A DNA stretch of 64,000 nucleotides, from the NCBI GenBank assembly GCA_021809925.1, contig JAJZJV010000001.1:14138-78137 (forward strand), given 5' to 3'. Position numbers and translations under genes: made by a program. The DNA comes from Candidatus Micrarchaeota archaeon (lineage in GTDB: Archaea > Micrarchaeota > Micrarchaeia > Micrarchaeales > CABMGC01). Shown here piece by piece: positions 51,692-62,355 of this stretch (within the stretch, counting starts at the first letter, position 1; each line of letters opens with the position of its first letter). The notes beneath the pieces were generated by a model. It was not told the origin of the DNA. It ran no database searches and saw nothing but the letters and a program-made list of their open reading frames with translations.

Positions 51692-52834
51692 ATGAAAGTG
51701 ATCATAGCGCAACCCTATCTTAACATCAAGGGAGGAGCGGAACGGGTGGTATTAGAGATAGCAAAGCATTACGATGCCAAAATATATACGCTAGAGTATG
51801 ACAAGAAGAATACCTTTGAAGGCTTCTCAGAGCTCGACATAAACATAATCGGGAAGGACATTCCATTGTCTGGAATGTTGCCCTACAAAGCCTCGCAAGG
51901 CCTAAGGTTTGGATATAATTTCTATAACCTGGAGTTAAAGGAAGATTATGATGTAATAAATGCACACATCTCTCCCAGCGAATGGATAAGGCACAAAAAT
52001 AAGGGCGTATTGTGGTATTGCCACACTCCTCCCAGGGAGGTTTATGATCTTTACGCAGAAAGGATGAAATATAGGACATACAAGGAAAAGTTCATATATG
52101 CGACAATGGCAAAAGCCTACAAGATGGTCTCGCATAAGGTAGTCGGCAAGATAGAGTGTATAGCCACAAACAGCGAGACCACAAAGGAAAGAATCGCCAG
52201 ATACTTCGAAAGGGAAGCAGATGTAGCAAACCCAGGAATAGATTACAATGCATTTGAGAACAAAGCCTATGAAAAATTCTTTTTTTATCCCTCGCGCATA
52301 ACTCCGAACAAAAGACAGGATTATGTAATCAATGCTTTCAAGAAGTTCGTCTCAAAGACTGGCAGAAAAGATTACCGCCTGGTCCTTGCTGGTGCACTAT
52401 CAAAGAATCCAGAGCATATCGCATACCTTACCAAAATAAAAAAACTTTCCAACGGTCTAAATGTTAAGATAATCACGAACATCTCGGACAAGGAGCTCAA
52501 AGGCCTATATTCAAGGGCATATGCGGTGTTGTTTGCCGCAATAAATGAAGATTATGGTTACATCCCTCTAGAAGCTATGGCAAGCCGCAAGCCAGTGATC
52601 TCCGTCAACGAAGGCGGACCAAAAGAGACGGTTCTCGACGGCAAAACTGGCTTTCTAGTAAACTCTGATAAGGAGATGGGAGATAAGATGGCAATGCTTG
52701 TGGATCATCCATCTACTGCAGAGCAGATGGGCAAAGAAGGGCAGAAACGCGTATCATTGCTTTACTCTTGGAAAGCATTCTTCAAAAAATTCGATTCCTT
52801 GTTAGAGGATACAAAGAAAAGATCAGATCTCTAA
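51692..52834 (+). CDS. GT4 glycosyltransferase
   Basis: GGAERV, YCHTP, KRQ, EDYGYIPLEAMAS. Confidence 0.93.
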   Translation: MKVIIAQPYLNIKGGAERVVLEIAKHYDAKIYTLEYDKKNTFEGFSELDINIIGKDIPLSGMLPYKASQGLRFGYNFYNLELKEDYDVINAHISPSEWIRHKNKGVLWYCHTPPREVYDLYAERMKYRTYKEKFIYATMAKAYKMVSHKVVGKIECIATNSETTKERIARYFEREADVANPGIDYNAFENKAYEKFFFYPSRITPNKRQDYVINAFKKFVSKTGRKDYRLVLAGALSKNPEHIAYLTKIKKLSNGLNVKIITNISDKELKGLYSRAYAVLFAAINEDYGYIPLEAMASRKPVISVNEGGPKETVLDGKTGFLVNSDKEMGDKMAMLVDHPSTAEQMGKEGQKRVSLLYSWKAFFKKFDSLLEDTKKRSDL

Positions 52835-53142
52835 TCAAGAACATATTTTGAGATTATCTTAGCAGCACGCTCAAGCACTGCCTTTATATCCTTCTCTGTA
52901 TTAAGCCCTGTGCAGATGAGCTTGCCGTTCTTGAATAATATTATGGCAGCTTTTGTATCTTTCATCCTGAATATCGCTCCAGGAAACTGCTCTGGCTCAT
53001 AATCCACCTCCTTAACACCCTTAGAAAGCGCATAGAGGTCTATGTTTGCATGAAGGTCAGCACTCACCACAATGTTCTGTATCTTTATGATGGGCCTTAT
53101 ATTAATCTCCTTCATCACCGGAGCCGCTTCCTGCTTGCTCAT
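52831..53142 (-). CDS. Single-repeat TATA-binding-protein-like protein
   Basis: IQNIVVS, YEPEQFPGAIFR, ILFKNGKLICTG; only one TBP repeat in 103 aa. Confidence 0.88.
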   Translation of the reverse strand: MSKQEAAPVMKEINIRPIIKIQNIVVSADLHANIDLYALSKGVKEVDYEPEQFPGAIFRMKDTKAAIILFKNGKLICTGLNTEKDIKAVLERAAKIISKYVLD

Positions 53143-53242
53143 AATATCACTAGACTATAACGATATTTAATAAAGATGAACTACTTTTTAATTCTTTCGC
53201 TGGCAGAGGCAAAGCTAATAATCTAAAAACAATATTATTTTT

Positions 53243-53656
53243 ATGCAAAGGCAAACATCCCGCACCAGCGGAGAAGCACTTAAATTGATAAAGGCCCAAG
53301 AACGTACTCTCGACAGCATCCAGGAATACATTGCCTCGCAGAAGGGTACATCTCCAGATCCAAAAATTGCCCAAAAACTAAGGCACATAAGAAACAATCT
53401 CCTCGTTGGATTTTCTCTCTTATCTAGAAAGGAAGAGGAAGAATACGCGCGCTCAACTTCCGAGGATGCTGTATGGAGAAGGTATGGCGTCTCCTTGACT
53501 TCTGGGTATACTTTTATAGGGTTTTTCCCTCCTATAATGTATCTATCTTTTATCGATTTCGGGTTTATATCTCTCATCTGGAATCCATACTGTAGCAAGA
53601 CCGATTCTGAAACTGCTATCAAAGCAATACTTAAATCTTTGAAAAGAACTACATAA
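53243..53656 (+). CDS. Hypothetical protein, probable membrane segment
   Basis: Helical N-terminus and a hydrophobic stretch; divergent from the TBP-like gene. Confidence 0.45.
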   Translation: MQRQTSRTSGEALKLIKAQERTLDSIQEYIASQKGTSPDPKIAQKLRHIRNNLLVGFSLLSRKEEEEYARSTSEDAVWRRYGVSLTSGYTFIGFFPPIMYLSFIDFGFISLIWNPYCSKTDSETAIKAILKSLKRTT

Positions 53657-53726
53657 TGTTATTATTTTCAACTTTTTGTTGAAAAAAAGCAAAAATTTAT
53701 ATACTTTGATGTACATAATACTTTCG

Positions 53727-54137
53727 ATGGGAGTCACAGAAAAGATCGTAATCAAAACAGTCAACAGACCCGATGGAAAGGACATCGAGGCGCTCTCAGG
53801 TTGGTTCTGCAAGGTCTTCGACCTATCAAATGGGAGAAGTGCTATAGAACCTCTAATATTACAGGAGATAGCAAACACAAGCCTCAAGGGTGACGGGACG
53901 ACAAGCAAGATGCTGAATAAAAAACTCTCAGTCCCAAGAAGCACAGTCATATATCATCTTAACAGATTCATATATTCTGGTCTTGTGATCAGGCGTGGCA
54001 GAAAATACTTCTTGCGTTCAAATGATATGGTAAGCACACTTGAAGACCTTCAAGGTGAGATATTGAGAGAGTTCAGCAGGCTGATAGAGTTTGCAGAAAA
54101 AATGGATGAGATAATAGAGGGCGGTATTGATGAGTGA
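53727..54137 (+). CDS. Winged-helix regulator leading the dnaK operon
   Basis: VPRSTVIYHLNRFIYSGLV...YFLR; overlaps grpE start. Confidence 0.8.
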   Translation: MGVTEKIVIKTVNRPDGKDIEALSGWFCKVFDLSNGRSAIEPLILQEIANTSLKGDGTTSKMLNKKLSVPRSTVIYHLNRFIYSGLVIRRGRKYFLRSNDMVSTLEDLQGEILREFSRLIEFAEKMDEIIEGGIDE

Positions 54138-54618
54138 GGAGAATAAGGATACCAACAACAAACAGGAGAAACAGAATGATAAAGTTCTTGAGGAACTCAG
54201 CGACAGGCATCTTAGGTTGGCAGCAGAATTCGATAACTACAAGAAAAGGACAACGAAAGATGTTGAGAACTCAAGAAAGTCGGGGAAAGCCGAACTCGTA
54301 TCAAAACTCCTGCCAGTACTTGACGAGTTCGAAATAGCAATATCATCAATAGAGAATACAAACAGCAAAAAAGGAATCGAGCTTATATTTTCGAACTTTG
54401 TAACAGCGCTAAGAAACGAGGGTCTCTCAGAGATAAACGCGGAAGGCATTTACGACCCATATAAGCATGAGATAATAATGGTCGCCGAAAGCAAGGAAGC
54501 CGAAGGCACCATAATAGAGACAGTACGAAAAGGATACATGTTTAATGGCATTATGTTGAGGCCGGCTTCTGTAATAATATCAAAGCCGAAGAATCCTGAA
54601 GAAAAGGAGAGCAAATAG
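54130..54618 (+). CDS. grpE: GrpE
   Basis: [25 protein letters not shown]...LRPASV. Confidence 0.95.
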   Translation: MSEENKDTNNKQEKQNDKVLEELSDRHLRLAAEFDNYKKRTTKDVENSRKSGKAELVSKLLPVLDEFEIAISSIENTNSKKGIELIFSNFVTALRNEGLSEINAEGIYDPYKHEIIMVAESKEAEGTIIETVRKGYMFNGIMLRPASVIISKPKNPEEKESK

Positions 54619-54626
54619 GTGGTAAT

Positions 54627-56480
54627 ATGAAAATAATAGGAATAGATTTAGGAACGTCAAACTCAGCTGCAGCGGTACTGGAAGGAGGAAAACCTGTACT
54701 GATACCAAGCGCAGAAGGAGCATCTCTTTATGGGAAATCCTTCCCAAGCTATGTTGCATTTACAAAAGACGGCCAGCGCCTGGTCGGAGAGCCGGCAAAG
54801 AGGCAAGCAGTAGCAAATTCAGAAGGCACTCTTAGCACATTCAAGAGAAAAATGGGCACAGACTTCAAGTACAAGGTCTTTGGAAAAGAGTACTCACCAC
54901 AGGAGCTTTCTGCAATGATACTTCAGAAGATAAAGAAGGATGCCGAGGCTTTTCTCGGCGAGGAGGTAAAGAAGGCAGTCATCACAGTGCCTGCATACTT
55001 TAATGACAATCAGAGACAGGCGACAAAAGATGCCGGAGAGATAGCTGGCCTGGAAGTCGTAAGGCTTGTGAACGAGCCTACTGCAGCATCCCTTGCATAT
55101 GGCCTTGACAAGCAGAGCAAGGAGCTCAAGGTCCTTGTCTATGATTTTGGGGGAGGAACTCTCGATGTCACGATAATGGAATCTGGAAATGGTGTCTTCG
55201 AGGTGAAGGCGACAAGCGGAGATACGCAACTTGGAGGAACAGACATGGACAATGCTATAGTCACATTCCTCCTCTCAGAGCTCAAGAAGCAGACCGGAAC
55301 AGATGTCTCAAAGGATGGTCAGGCAATGCAAAGGATAAGAGAGGCAGCAGAGAAGGCAAAGATCGAGCTATCAACAACACTTACAACAGAGGTGAATCTG
55401 CCATTCATAACAATGGCAAACAATGCGCCGGTGCACTTCACCTATTCCTTTACCAGAGCAAAACTCGAAGAGATAGTGGTGCCGATAGTCGAAAAGACAA
55501 CAAAACCAGTGATGCAGGCCATGAAGGATTCAAAACTCGAGCCAAAAGACATTGACAAGGTAATACTCGTTGGAGGTCCAACAAGGATGCCAATCGTACA
55601 GAGGTATGTCGAGCAGCTTCTTGGCAAAAAGATTGAGCGAGGCGTGGATCCAATGGAAGCCGTAGCTTTTGGGGCAGCGATACAGGCAGGAGTACTCACC
55701 GGCGAGGTCAAAGACATCGTGCTTCTTGATGTAACTCCTCTTTCCCTTGGCTTGGAGACTCTTGGCGGAGTCATGACAAAGCTCATAGAGAAGAATACAA
55801 CAATACCTGTAAAGAAGACACAGCCATTCACCACTGCTGAGGATAATCAGCCTGCCGTAGATATACACATAATACAAGGCGAGAGACCTCTTGCAAAGGA
55901 CAACATCGAGCTTGGAAAATTCTCATTAACAGGATTGCCTCCTGCAAGAAGGGGCGTTCCACAGATAGAAGTGACATTCGACATAGATGCGAACGGAATC
56001 CTTCACGTGAGCGCCAAGGACAAGGCGACGGGAAAGGAGCAGCACATGCAGGTGATAGCTCCAAACAAGATGAATAGGGATGAGATCGAGAAGAAGATAC
56101 GGGAAGCAGAGGACTTTGCAGAATCTGATAAGAAAACACTCGAGCTGATAGAGGCCAAGAACAACGCAGAATCCCTTGTCTACCAGGCAGAGAGAACAAT
56201 CTCTGACTACAAAGACAAGATACCACAAGAGCAGCAGGAGAAGGCAGAGGAATCCAGGAAGGCGCTTGAAGAATCCCTAAAGACCGAAGATCTTGATACA
56301 ATAAAGAGCAAAACTGAGGATCTTGTAAAGCTTCTTCAAGAGATAAGCCAGGGCATGTATCAGCAAGGTCAGGGAGAGAGTGCTTCTGGAGCAGGCCCTG
56401 AAGATGCCACTGGTCCTGATGGAACCAAACAAAGTCCTGATGACGGGACCGTCGATGCAGACTTCAAGGTAGAGAAGTGA
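54627..56480 (+). CDS. dnaK: DnaK
   Basis: [33 protein letters not shown]. Confidence 0.98.
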   Translation: MKIIGIDLGTSNSAAAVLEGGKPVLIPSAEGASLYGKSFPSYVAFTKDGQRLVGEPAKRQAVANSEGTLSTFKRKMGTDFKYKVFGKEYSPQELSAMILQKIKKDAEAFLGEEVKKAVITVPAYFNDNQRQATKDAGEIAGLEVVRLVNEPTAASLAYGLDKQSKELKVLVYDFGGGTLDVTIMESGNGVFEVKATSGDTQLGGTDMDNAIVTFLLSELKKQTGTDVSKDGQAMQRIREAAEKAKIELSTTLTTEVNLPFITMANNAPVHFTYSFTRAKLEEIVVPIVEKTTKPVMQAMKDSKLEPKDIDKVILVGGPTRMPIVQRYVEQLLGKKIERGVDPMEAVAFGAAIQAGVLTGEVKDIVLLDVTPLSLGLETLGGVMTKLIEKNTTIPVKKTQPFTTAEDNQPAVDIHIIQGERPLAKDNIELGKFSLTGLPPARRGVPQIEVTFDIDANGILHVSAKDKATGKEQHMQVIAPNKMNRDEIEKKIREAEDFAESDKKTLELIEAKNNAESLVYQAERTISDYKDKIPQEQQEKAEESRKALEESLKTEDLDTIKSKTEDLVKLLQEISQGMYQQGQGESASGAGPEDATGPDGTKQSPDDGTVDADFKVEK

Positions 56481-56487
56481 TAACTTA

Positions 56488-57606
56488 ATGGAAGATTATT
56501 ACAGCCTTCTCGGAGTCCAGAAAAACGCCACAAAAGAAGAGATAAAAAAAGCATACAGGGATCTAGCTCTAAAGTATCATCCGGACAGAAACAAGGATGC
56601 AGGCGCAGAAGAAAAGTTCAAGAAGATAAACGAAGCGTACGCGGTGCTTAGTGACGAGACAAAACGCAGGCAATACGATGCATATGGCCCCGAACAGTTT
56701 GGAAGACAGTACTCTGAACAAGATATATTCCGCAACTTCAATTTCGGAGACCTCTTCAAGGAAATGGGGGCAAACATCAACATGGGCGATAGCGATTTCG
56801 ACATCTTCGGAAACCTCTTCGGTCAGGGACAACGCGGAAGGGATGTTGGGCAGAGCATACTCTTCAGGATGGACCTTACCTTGGAAGAGATCTCTGATGG
56901 AGCTCAGAAGGAGATCACCCTCAGACACAGAAAGAAATGCGCGCATTGTGGCGGAAGCGGCGGAGAGCCGGGCTCAAAGCAGAGCAAATGTCCCAAATGT
57001 GAAGGTGCAGGAAGAGTGACTGTAATAACCTCCTCGTTCCTGGGAAGAATACAATCCGTCACTACATGCGACATCTGCGCGGGTTCTGGCAAAGTTTATG
57101 AGCGGCGTTGCAGAACGTGCAACGGCAAAGGCGGCGTAATAGGGAACGACAAGATAAACATTACAATACCTGCTGGAGTGAAGGAGGGTATGAGATTAAA
57201 GCTTGACAGGATGGGGGACTTTGGCAAGGATGCATCTGGAGACCTCTTCATAGAGGTACATCTCTTAAAGCACAAGATCTTCGAAAGGGTCAATGACAAT
57301 GACATATTCGCTGAGGTAAGCGTGCCCTTCTATAAATTAATACTGGGTGGAAAGGCGCTCGTGCCTACCCTGAAAGGCGAGAAAGAGATATCAATAGATC
57401 AAGGAACAGAACCAGGCAAGAAGATCACCATAAAAGGCGAAGGCATAAAGAAATTCGGTTCAGCCTCCCGCGGAGATGAGATACTTCGCATAAACGCATC
57501 CCTTCCTAAAAACCTCACTCCTGAAGAGAGAGAAGCCATAGAACATTTCAGGGATGCCAGCGAAAGCGGGAAAGAGGACTCAAAAAAACGCTTCGGCTTC
57601 TTCTAA
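56488..57606 (+). CDS. dnaJ: DnaJ
   Basis: HPD, four CxxCxGxG repeats. Confidence 0.97.
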   Translation: MEDYYSLLGVQKNATKEEIKKAYRDLALKYHPDRNKDAGAEEKFKKINEAYAVLSDETKRRQYDAYGPEQFGRQYSEQDIFRNFNFGDLFKEMGANINMGDSDFDIFGNLFGQGQRGRDVGQSILFRMDLTLEEISDGAQKEITLRHRKKCAHCGGSGGEPGSKQSKCPKCEGAGRVTVITSSFLGRIQSVTTCDICAGSGKVYERRCRTCNGKGGVIGNDKINITIPAGVKEGMRLKLDRMGDFGKDASGDLFIEVHLLKHKIFERVNDNDIFAEVSVPFYKLILGGKALVPTLKGEKEISIDQGTEPGKKITIKGEGIKKFGSASRGDEILRINASLPKNLTPEEREAIEHFRDASESGKEDSKKRFGFF

Positions 57607-57661
57607 TTCTCTTGACCGATGTTATTTTAAATTTAAATAACATCTTACTACTGTGTATTCC

Positions 57662-58783
57662 ATGCCTGATTTTAGCGTAACTCCATACGATGTGGAAGGC
57701 CAGATTGATTATGATGCTATTGTACAACGCTTCGGCATAAAGCCATTGGATGACGAACTGGAGCAGAGAATCAAGAAAATAGCTGGAGAGAGCCACTTTA
57801 TGATAAGGCGTAGAATATACTTCGCACAAAGAGACATGAACTGGCTTCTTGACCAGTACGAGAAAGGGAATAAGTTTTATCTTTACACAGGGATAGCTCC
57901 TTCTGGAAGGATGACCATGGCGCATCTGATTCCATTCTTATTAACTAAATGGTTGCAGGATAAGTTCGATGCCGAGGTATACATCTACATACCAGACGAA
58001 GAAAAGTTTCTTGCAAAGAGGGATCCTACCCTGACTCTTGACAAGGTGCACTCTTTGGCATATGAGGACGCACTTGACATAGTCTCGCTTGGATATAACC
58101 CAAAGAAGACTAAGATATTTCTCTCTACAGAATACGCAAAAACTCTTTATAAGCAGGCAGTTCGTGTTGCAAAACACATAACATTTTCGATGGTAAAGGA
58201 TGCATTCGGATTTACCAACGAGACAAATGTGGGCACTCTCTTTTACACAAGCCTACAATCCGTTCCGGCATTTTTGAGATCTGTTGAGGAAAATAAGAAT
58301 GTGCCATGTTTGATACCCCTCGGAGTGGACCAGGATGTGCATTTCAGGATAGCGAGGGATGTAATGGTAAAGCTGGGATATTATAAGCCATCGATAATCC
58401 ATGCCAAGTTTCTACCTGGTCTGGACGGCCGCCCAAAGATGTCCTCTAGTGATCCGAACAACACCATCTACCTTAACGACTCTCCCGAAATAGTCAAAAA
58501 TAAGATCAATAAAGCGATAACCGGCCAGCAATCTACGGCAGAGCTGCAAAAAAAACTCGGAGGGAATCCGGACAGATGTGCAGTATGCCAGTACTACAGG
58601 TATATTTTTGAACCCGACGACGAGAAACTCGCCAAGATCTTCGAAGGTGAAAGAAAAGGTACACTTCTCGCCGGTGAGCACAAGAGGGATCTTGCCGAGA
58701 GGATAAACGCTTTCCTTAAAGAACACAATAAGAGGAAGGAAGAGCTACGCCAACATCTTGACGATTTCATGGTGAGGGACTGA
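57662..58783 (+). CDS. trpS: Tryptophan--tRNA ligase
   Basis: VTPYDVEG, YTGIAPSG, DQDVHFR, KMSSS. Confidence 0.95.
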   Translation: MPDFSVTPYDVEGQIDYDAIVQRFGIKPLDDELEQRIKKIAGESHFMIRRRIYFAQRDMNWLLDQYEKGNKFYLYTGIAPSGRMTMAHLIPFLLTKWLQDKFDAEVYIYIPDEEKFLAKRDPTLTLDKVHSLAYEDALDIVSLGYNPKKTKIFLSTEYAKTLYKQAVRVAKHITFSMVKDAFGFTNETNVGTLFYTSLQSVPAFLRSVEENKNVPCLIPLGVDQDVHFRIARDVMVKLGYYKPSIIHAKFLPGLDGRPKMSSSDPNNTIYLNDSPEIVKNKINKAITGQQSTAELQKKLGGNPDRCAVCQYYRYIFEPDDEKLAKIFEGERKGTLLAGEHKRDLAERINAFLKEHNKRKEELRQHLDDFMVRD

Positions 58784-58785
58784 GA

Positions 58786-59448
58786 TCAAGTCTTCTGAAG
58801 AACAACAAAAAGATGCATCTTGTCGTATGGCATTATATCTATTGATTCCAGCAAGCTGAATCTCTTAGATACCTTATCTAAAAATTCTTTGTACACCTCA
58901 CTTGGCCTCCGTGAGACATCTATGCTCTGCGATTTTATTGCAACGTAAGCATACCCTCCTTTCTTTATCAGTTTGCAATTCTCGAGGAGGATCTCTGCCT
59001 GGTCTCTTGCAGCTATGTCTTGATATATAACATCAGCACTGCCAACATCTTCTCCATATTCCTCTACATTCCTAGCATCATTGAATATCGGGAGCATATT
59101 GCTCCTCCTCTCGCAGACCCTGAGCAGATCTCTAACATTGCGCTCAGAGATCTCTACACAATAGAGGATACCTTTTTCACCTATTATATCACTAACATGG
59201 CTGCATGTCGTTCCTGTAGCTGCACCCAGATAAAGCACCCCAGATCCGCGTTTTATCTCCATCCTTTTCATACCTTTGGATATCGCAGCTCCGAGCTTGC
59301 TCCTATACGGGTTCCACAGCCTGTACTCCACACCATCCTTCTCTATGATCTCCTCGCCATAAACATTTCTGCCTATGTCAAGATTCATGGTTGCAAGCTT
59401 TCCGTCAACTAGGAATACTCCATCAAAAATCTTCTTTATCTGGTGCAT
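58786..59448 (-). CDS. flpA: Fibrillarin-like 2'-O-methyltransferase
   Basis: WNPYRSKL, LYLGAATGTT, YQDIA. Confidence 0.96.
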   Translation of the reverse strand: MHQIKKIFDGVFLVDGKLATMNLDIGRNVYGEEIIEKDGVEYRLWNPYRSKLGAAISKGMKRMEIKRGSGVLYLGAATGTTCSHVSDIIGEKGILYCVEISERNVRDLLRVCERRSNMLPIFNDARNVEEYGEDVGSADVIYQDIAARDQAEILLENCKLIKKGGYAYVAIKSQSIDVSRRPSEVYKEFLDKVSKRFSLLESIDIMPYDKMHLFVVLQKT

Positions 59449-59533
59449 TCAATACACGAATAAGATTTAGAAAAACATATTTATATTTGAGTTGTAATGT
59501 ATTCTTGCTTCTGCTTCCTGGTTGGTGTAATAA

Positions 59534-61750
59534 ATGCAAGGTGGGCGATCAAACAAATTCATAATAGAAATGTATAACACTTGCAAGGCTTCTGATGGGA
59601 TAAGTGATTTATTTTCGAGAGTCTCAGATAAGCTTAAGGAATCCTTTTCCATAGACAAGGTAATAATAAAAAATCTAAATCAGAAGAAAGAAAGCCTCTC
59701 TGCAGGGGAAGAGTATGCGATCAACACCAAGCAGCTCTATATAGACAATAGGCTAAGCGGATACTCCGCATTTCCTGATCTGATAAACTATTACAATAAT
59801 GGTTTTCGGAGCTCTGCAATAATACCTGTAATCAACGAGAATAAACCGATAGGCACAATAACGCTGCTTTCACAGAAGGAAGAAGCATTTGGAAAAGAGG
59901 ATGTCGCAGAGTTAAACATATCCTCAAACATATTAAACAATGAGTGTGGGGTGCAGCTAGACCGCGAGAAGAGCCAGAAGATGGAAAGATTTTTTCAAGC
60001 TTCTTTCGAAACTGTCGTGCCACAGGCGATAGTCACCCAAAAGGGAAAGGTAGTGATGGCAAATACTGCCATGCTTGATCTTCTCGGCAAGCCCAATGAA
60101 GTACAGCCGCTCCAGATATCACAGTTCTTTAAGATAGACCTCAGTAAGGCCAACAGCCCTCCATGGGAAGAGGAACACGTTGAAATCTACAGAGAACCGG
60201 TCAGGAAATTCATGGTCTCTTCAAAGGGCCTTGGAGAAGGCCTGCTCCATCTAACTTTTAATGAGACAACATCTCTGAATCTCCTCGAGGAACGATCGAG
60301 AGCTCTCGATTACAGCACAACAGAGGCATTTATCACCATGGACGATGATATGAGGATAAACTGGGCAAGCGAAAACATCTCAAGGATACTCCGTGTCGAC
60401 AAAGATTACTTGGTTGGCAGAAAGCTCACCGATTTTATGAGTTCTGCCTCATCACAGCAGATTGGCAAAACCGAGATAATATCAGAAGAGGTGCAATTAA
60501 ATTTTGACAACAACCAGAAGCAGGAGGTCATGGCAACCATCCTAAAAGGCAAAAACGGATTCTCATCCATACTATCAATAAACTTCGAGAGGTACCTCTC
60601 AGCAGTCAAGAAGGCTTTGAATGATGTAGTTCAGATATCAAGCGACGCAGTGATAGAGGTAGATCAATCTGGAAGCATAATAAGGATAAACAAAAGTGCC
60701 GAAAAGCTCCTAAGGTACAGAAGCGACGAACTTGACGGCATGCAGATATCCTCCTTGTATGCAGATACCGATAGCCAGAACCGATTCAGTTCCTCAATCT
60801 CAATAGCAAAGAAGAATGATGTTGTTACTGATATATATGTGAATATTCTGCCGAAGGGCATAGGAGAGAGAATGCCATTCCAGCAAAGCATAATGGCCAT
60901 AAAGAACATGAACAATACGATCGATGGATACTTTATTGTGGGCAAGGAGCTCTCGACAAAGATGGAAAAGGAGCGCCTCAATGAGGCCTTTGACAAGGCG
61001 ACAAAGCAGATGAAGGAGATAAAGAGTGAGAGCGACTTAAAGACACAATTTATCTACAATGTGTCCCATGACTTTAAGACTCCGATAACGAACATCAAGG
61101 GATTCTCAACTCTTTTATACAAAGAGGAATTCGGAGTTCTGACAGACGAGCAAAAAAGCTATGTTAAGATAATAATGGATGAGCTTGACAGGCTAATGCT
61201 CCTCATAGAACAGATACTTGACGTTGCAAAACTCTCATCAGGAAGAATAAAGCTGGACATGCAGCAGGTCGATATGGGGGAATTGATGGAAAATGCGAGC
61301 ATAAAGGCTCTAGCAGAATCAGCAGCCAACAAGGGGATAACACTGAAGCACAATGTCGACTACAACGTGCCGCAAATCCCTGCAGATCCAAATAGGTTGA
61401 TACAGGCATTCGTCAACCTGATAGGGAACGCAATCAAGTTCACCGAAGCCGGAGGCACGATATCTGTCTCGGTCTTCAAGAAAGGAAAGAACATACGTGT
61501 CGAGGTTACTGATACTGGGATGGGTATAGATAAGGAGGAGAAAGCAAAGCTCTTCAAGAAATTTTATCAGCTTCCAAGAAAGGGCCTTACGACACACGAG
61601 GGCGCAGGAACAGGGCTCGGATTATCCATAACAAAGGAGATAGTAAATCTTCATGGCGGCCAGATAGGGGTGAAATCAGAGGTTGGAAAGGGAAGCACCT
61701 TCTGGTTTACCATACCAACATCTGTCAGAATAAAGAAGAAGGCAGCATGA
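59534..61750 (+). CDS. Soluble GAF/PAS sensor histidine kinase
   Basis: GAF-like and three PAS-like regions; SHDFKTP H-box, NAIKFT, DTGMGI, GTGLGL. Confidence 0.95.
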   Translation: MQGGRSNKFIIEMYNTCKASDGISDLFSRVSDKLKESFSIDKVIIKNLNQKKESLSAGEEYAINTKQLYIDNRLSGYSAFPDLINYYNNGFRSSAIIPVINENKPIGTITLLSQKEEAFGKEDVAELNISSNILNNECGVQLDREKSQKMERFFQASFETVVPQAIVTQKGKVVMANTAMLDLLGKPNEVQPLQISQFFKIDLSKANSPPWEEEHVEIYREPVRKFMVSSKGLGEGLLHLTFNETTSLNLLEERSRALDYSTTEAFITMDDDMRINWASENISRILRVDKDYLVGRKLTDFMSSASSQQIGKTEIISEEVQLNFDNNQKQEVMATILKGKNGFSSILSINFERYLSAVKKALNDVVQISSDAVIEVDQSGSIIRINKSAEKLLRYRSDELDGMQISSLYADTDSQNRFSSSISIAKKNDVVTDIYVNILPKGIGERMPFQQSIMAIKNMNNTIDGYFIVGKELSTKMEKERLNEAFDKATKQMKEIKSESDLKTQFIYNVSHDFKTPITNIKGFSTLLYKEEFGVLTDEQKSYVKIIMDELDRLMLLIEQILDVAKLSSGRIKLDMQQVDMGELMENASIKALAESAANKGITLKHNVDYNVPQIPADPNRLIQAFVNLIGNAIKFTEAGGTISVSVFKKGKNIRVEVTDTGMGIDKEEKAKLFKKFYQLPRKGLTTHEGAGTGLGLSITKEIVNLHGGQIGVKSEVGKGSTFWFTIPTSVRIKKKAA

Positions 61751-61773
61751 GCATTAAAATCTATCGTGTTTTC

Positions 61774-62250
61774 TCATGAGATTGTATTGTTAATTACAAC
61801 AATGCCTCCATCGGCCCTTATTCCCAAGCTTCTCTGAAGAACCAGTATCGTGAGTCTTGTCTCGTTTGCAGATCCCCGTATCCTCCTGATCTGAAGGTCA
61901 GCTATGTTTGATCCTGTCGTGCTTATATTAACCAGCGAGTTATTGAGCATTGTGAATTCTTGTGTCTCGCCTGCAAGTATTGGCACTGGACTCAGGTAAA
62001 ATACATCTGCAGATTTTGAAGAATTCTTTAGATATAACACAAAAGGAGTGCTTGTTGTCGGAAGTCTGAATACTAAGCTCCCACCTGCAGATAATGATGT
62101 AGTATAATTATAAGAGATCAGCCGTATCTGTGGTACTGATACGGAGAGCCATGCCAAAAGTATTATTACTACAAACACAATCAGAGCAAGTGCAACATAA
62201 ACATATGGCCCTCCCTCTCTTCTCAGCTTGAAAGACTTCTTCTTTGCCAT
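61774..62250 (-). CDS. Membrane-anchored hypothetical protein
   Basis: Basic N-terminus, TM helix, beta-rich domain with sequons. Confidence 0.65.
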   Translation of the reverse strand: MAKKKSFKLRREGGPYVYVALALIVFVVIILLAWLSVSVPQIRLISYNYTTSLSAGGSLVFRLPTTSTPFVLYLKNSSKSADVFYLSPVPILAGETQEFTMLNNSLVNISTTGSNIADLQIRRIRGSANETRLTILVLQRSLGIRADGGIVVINNTIS

Positions 62251-62355
62251 GTCTTATCATAATGCAAACAGGTTTATAAACATTTTTAGCAAAAGTGCCA
62301 GAATCAAGATAAGTAATATTAGTTTTTCTGTCAAAGAGATATATTGGGCGATCGT

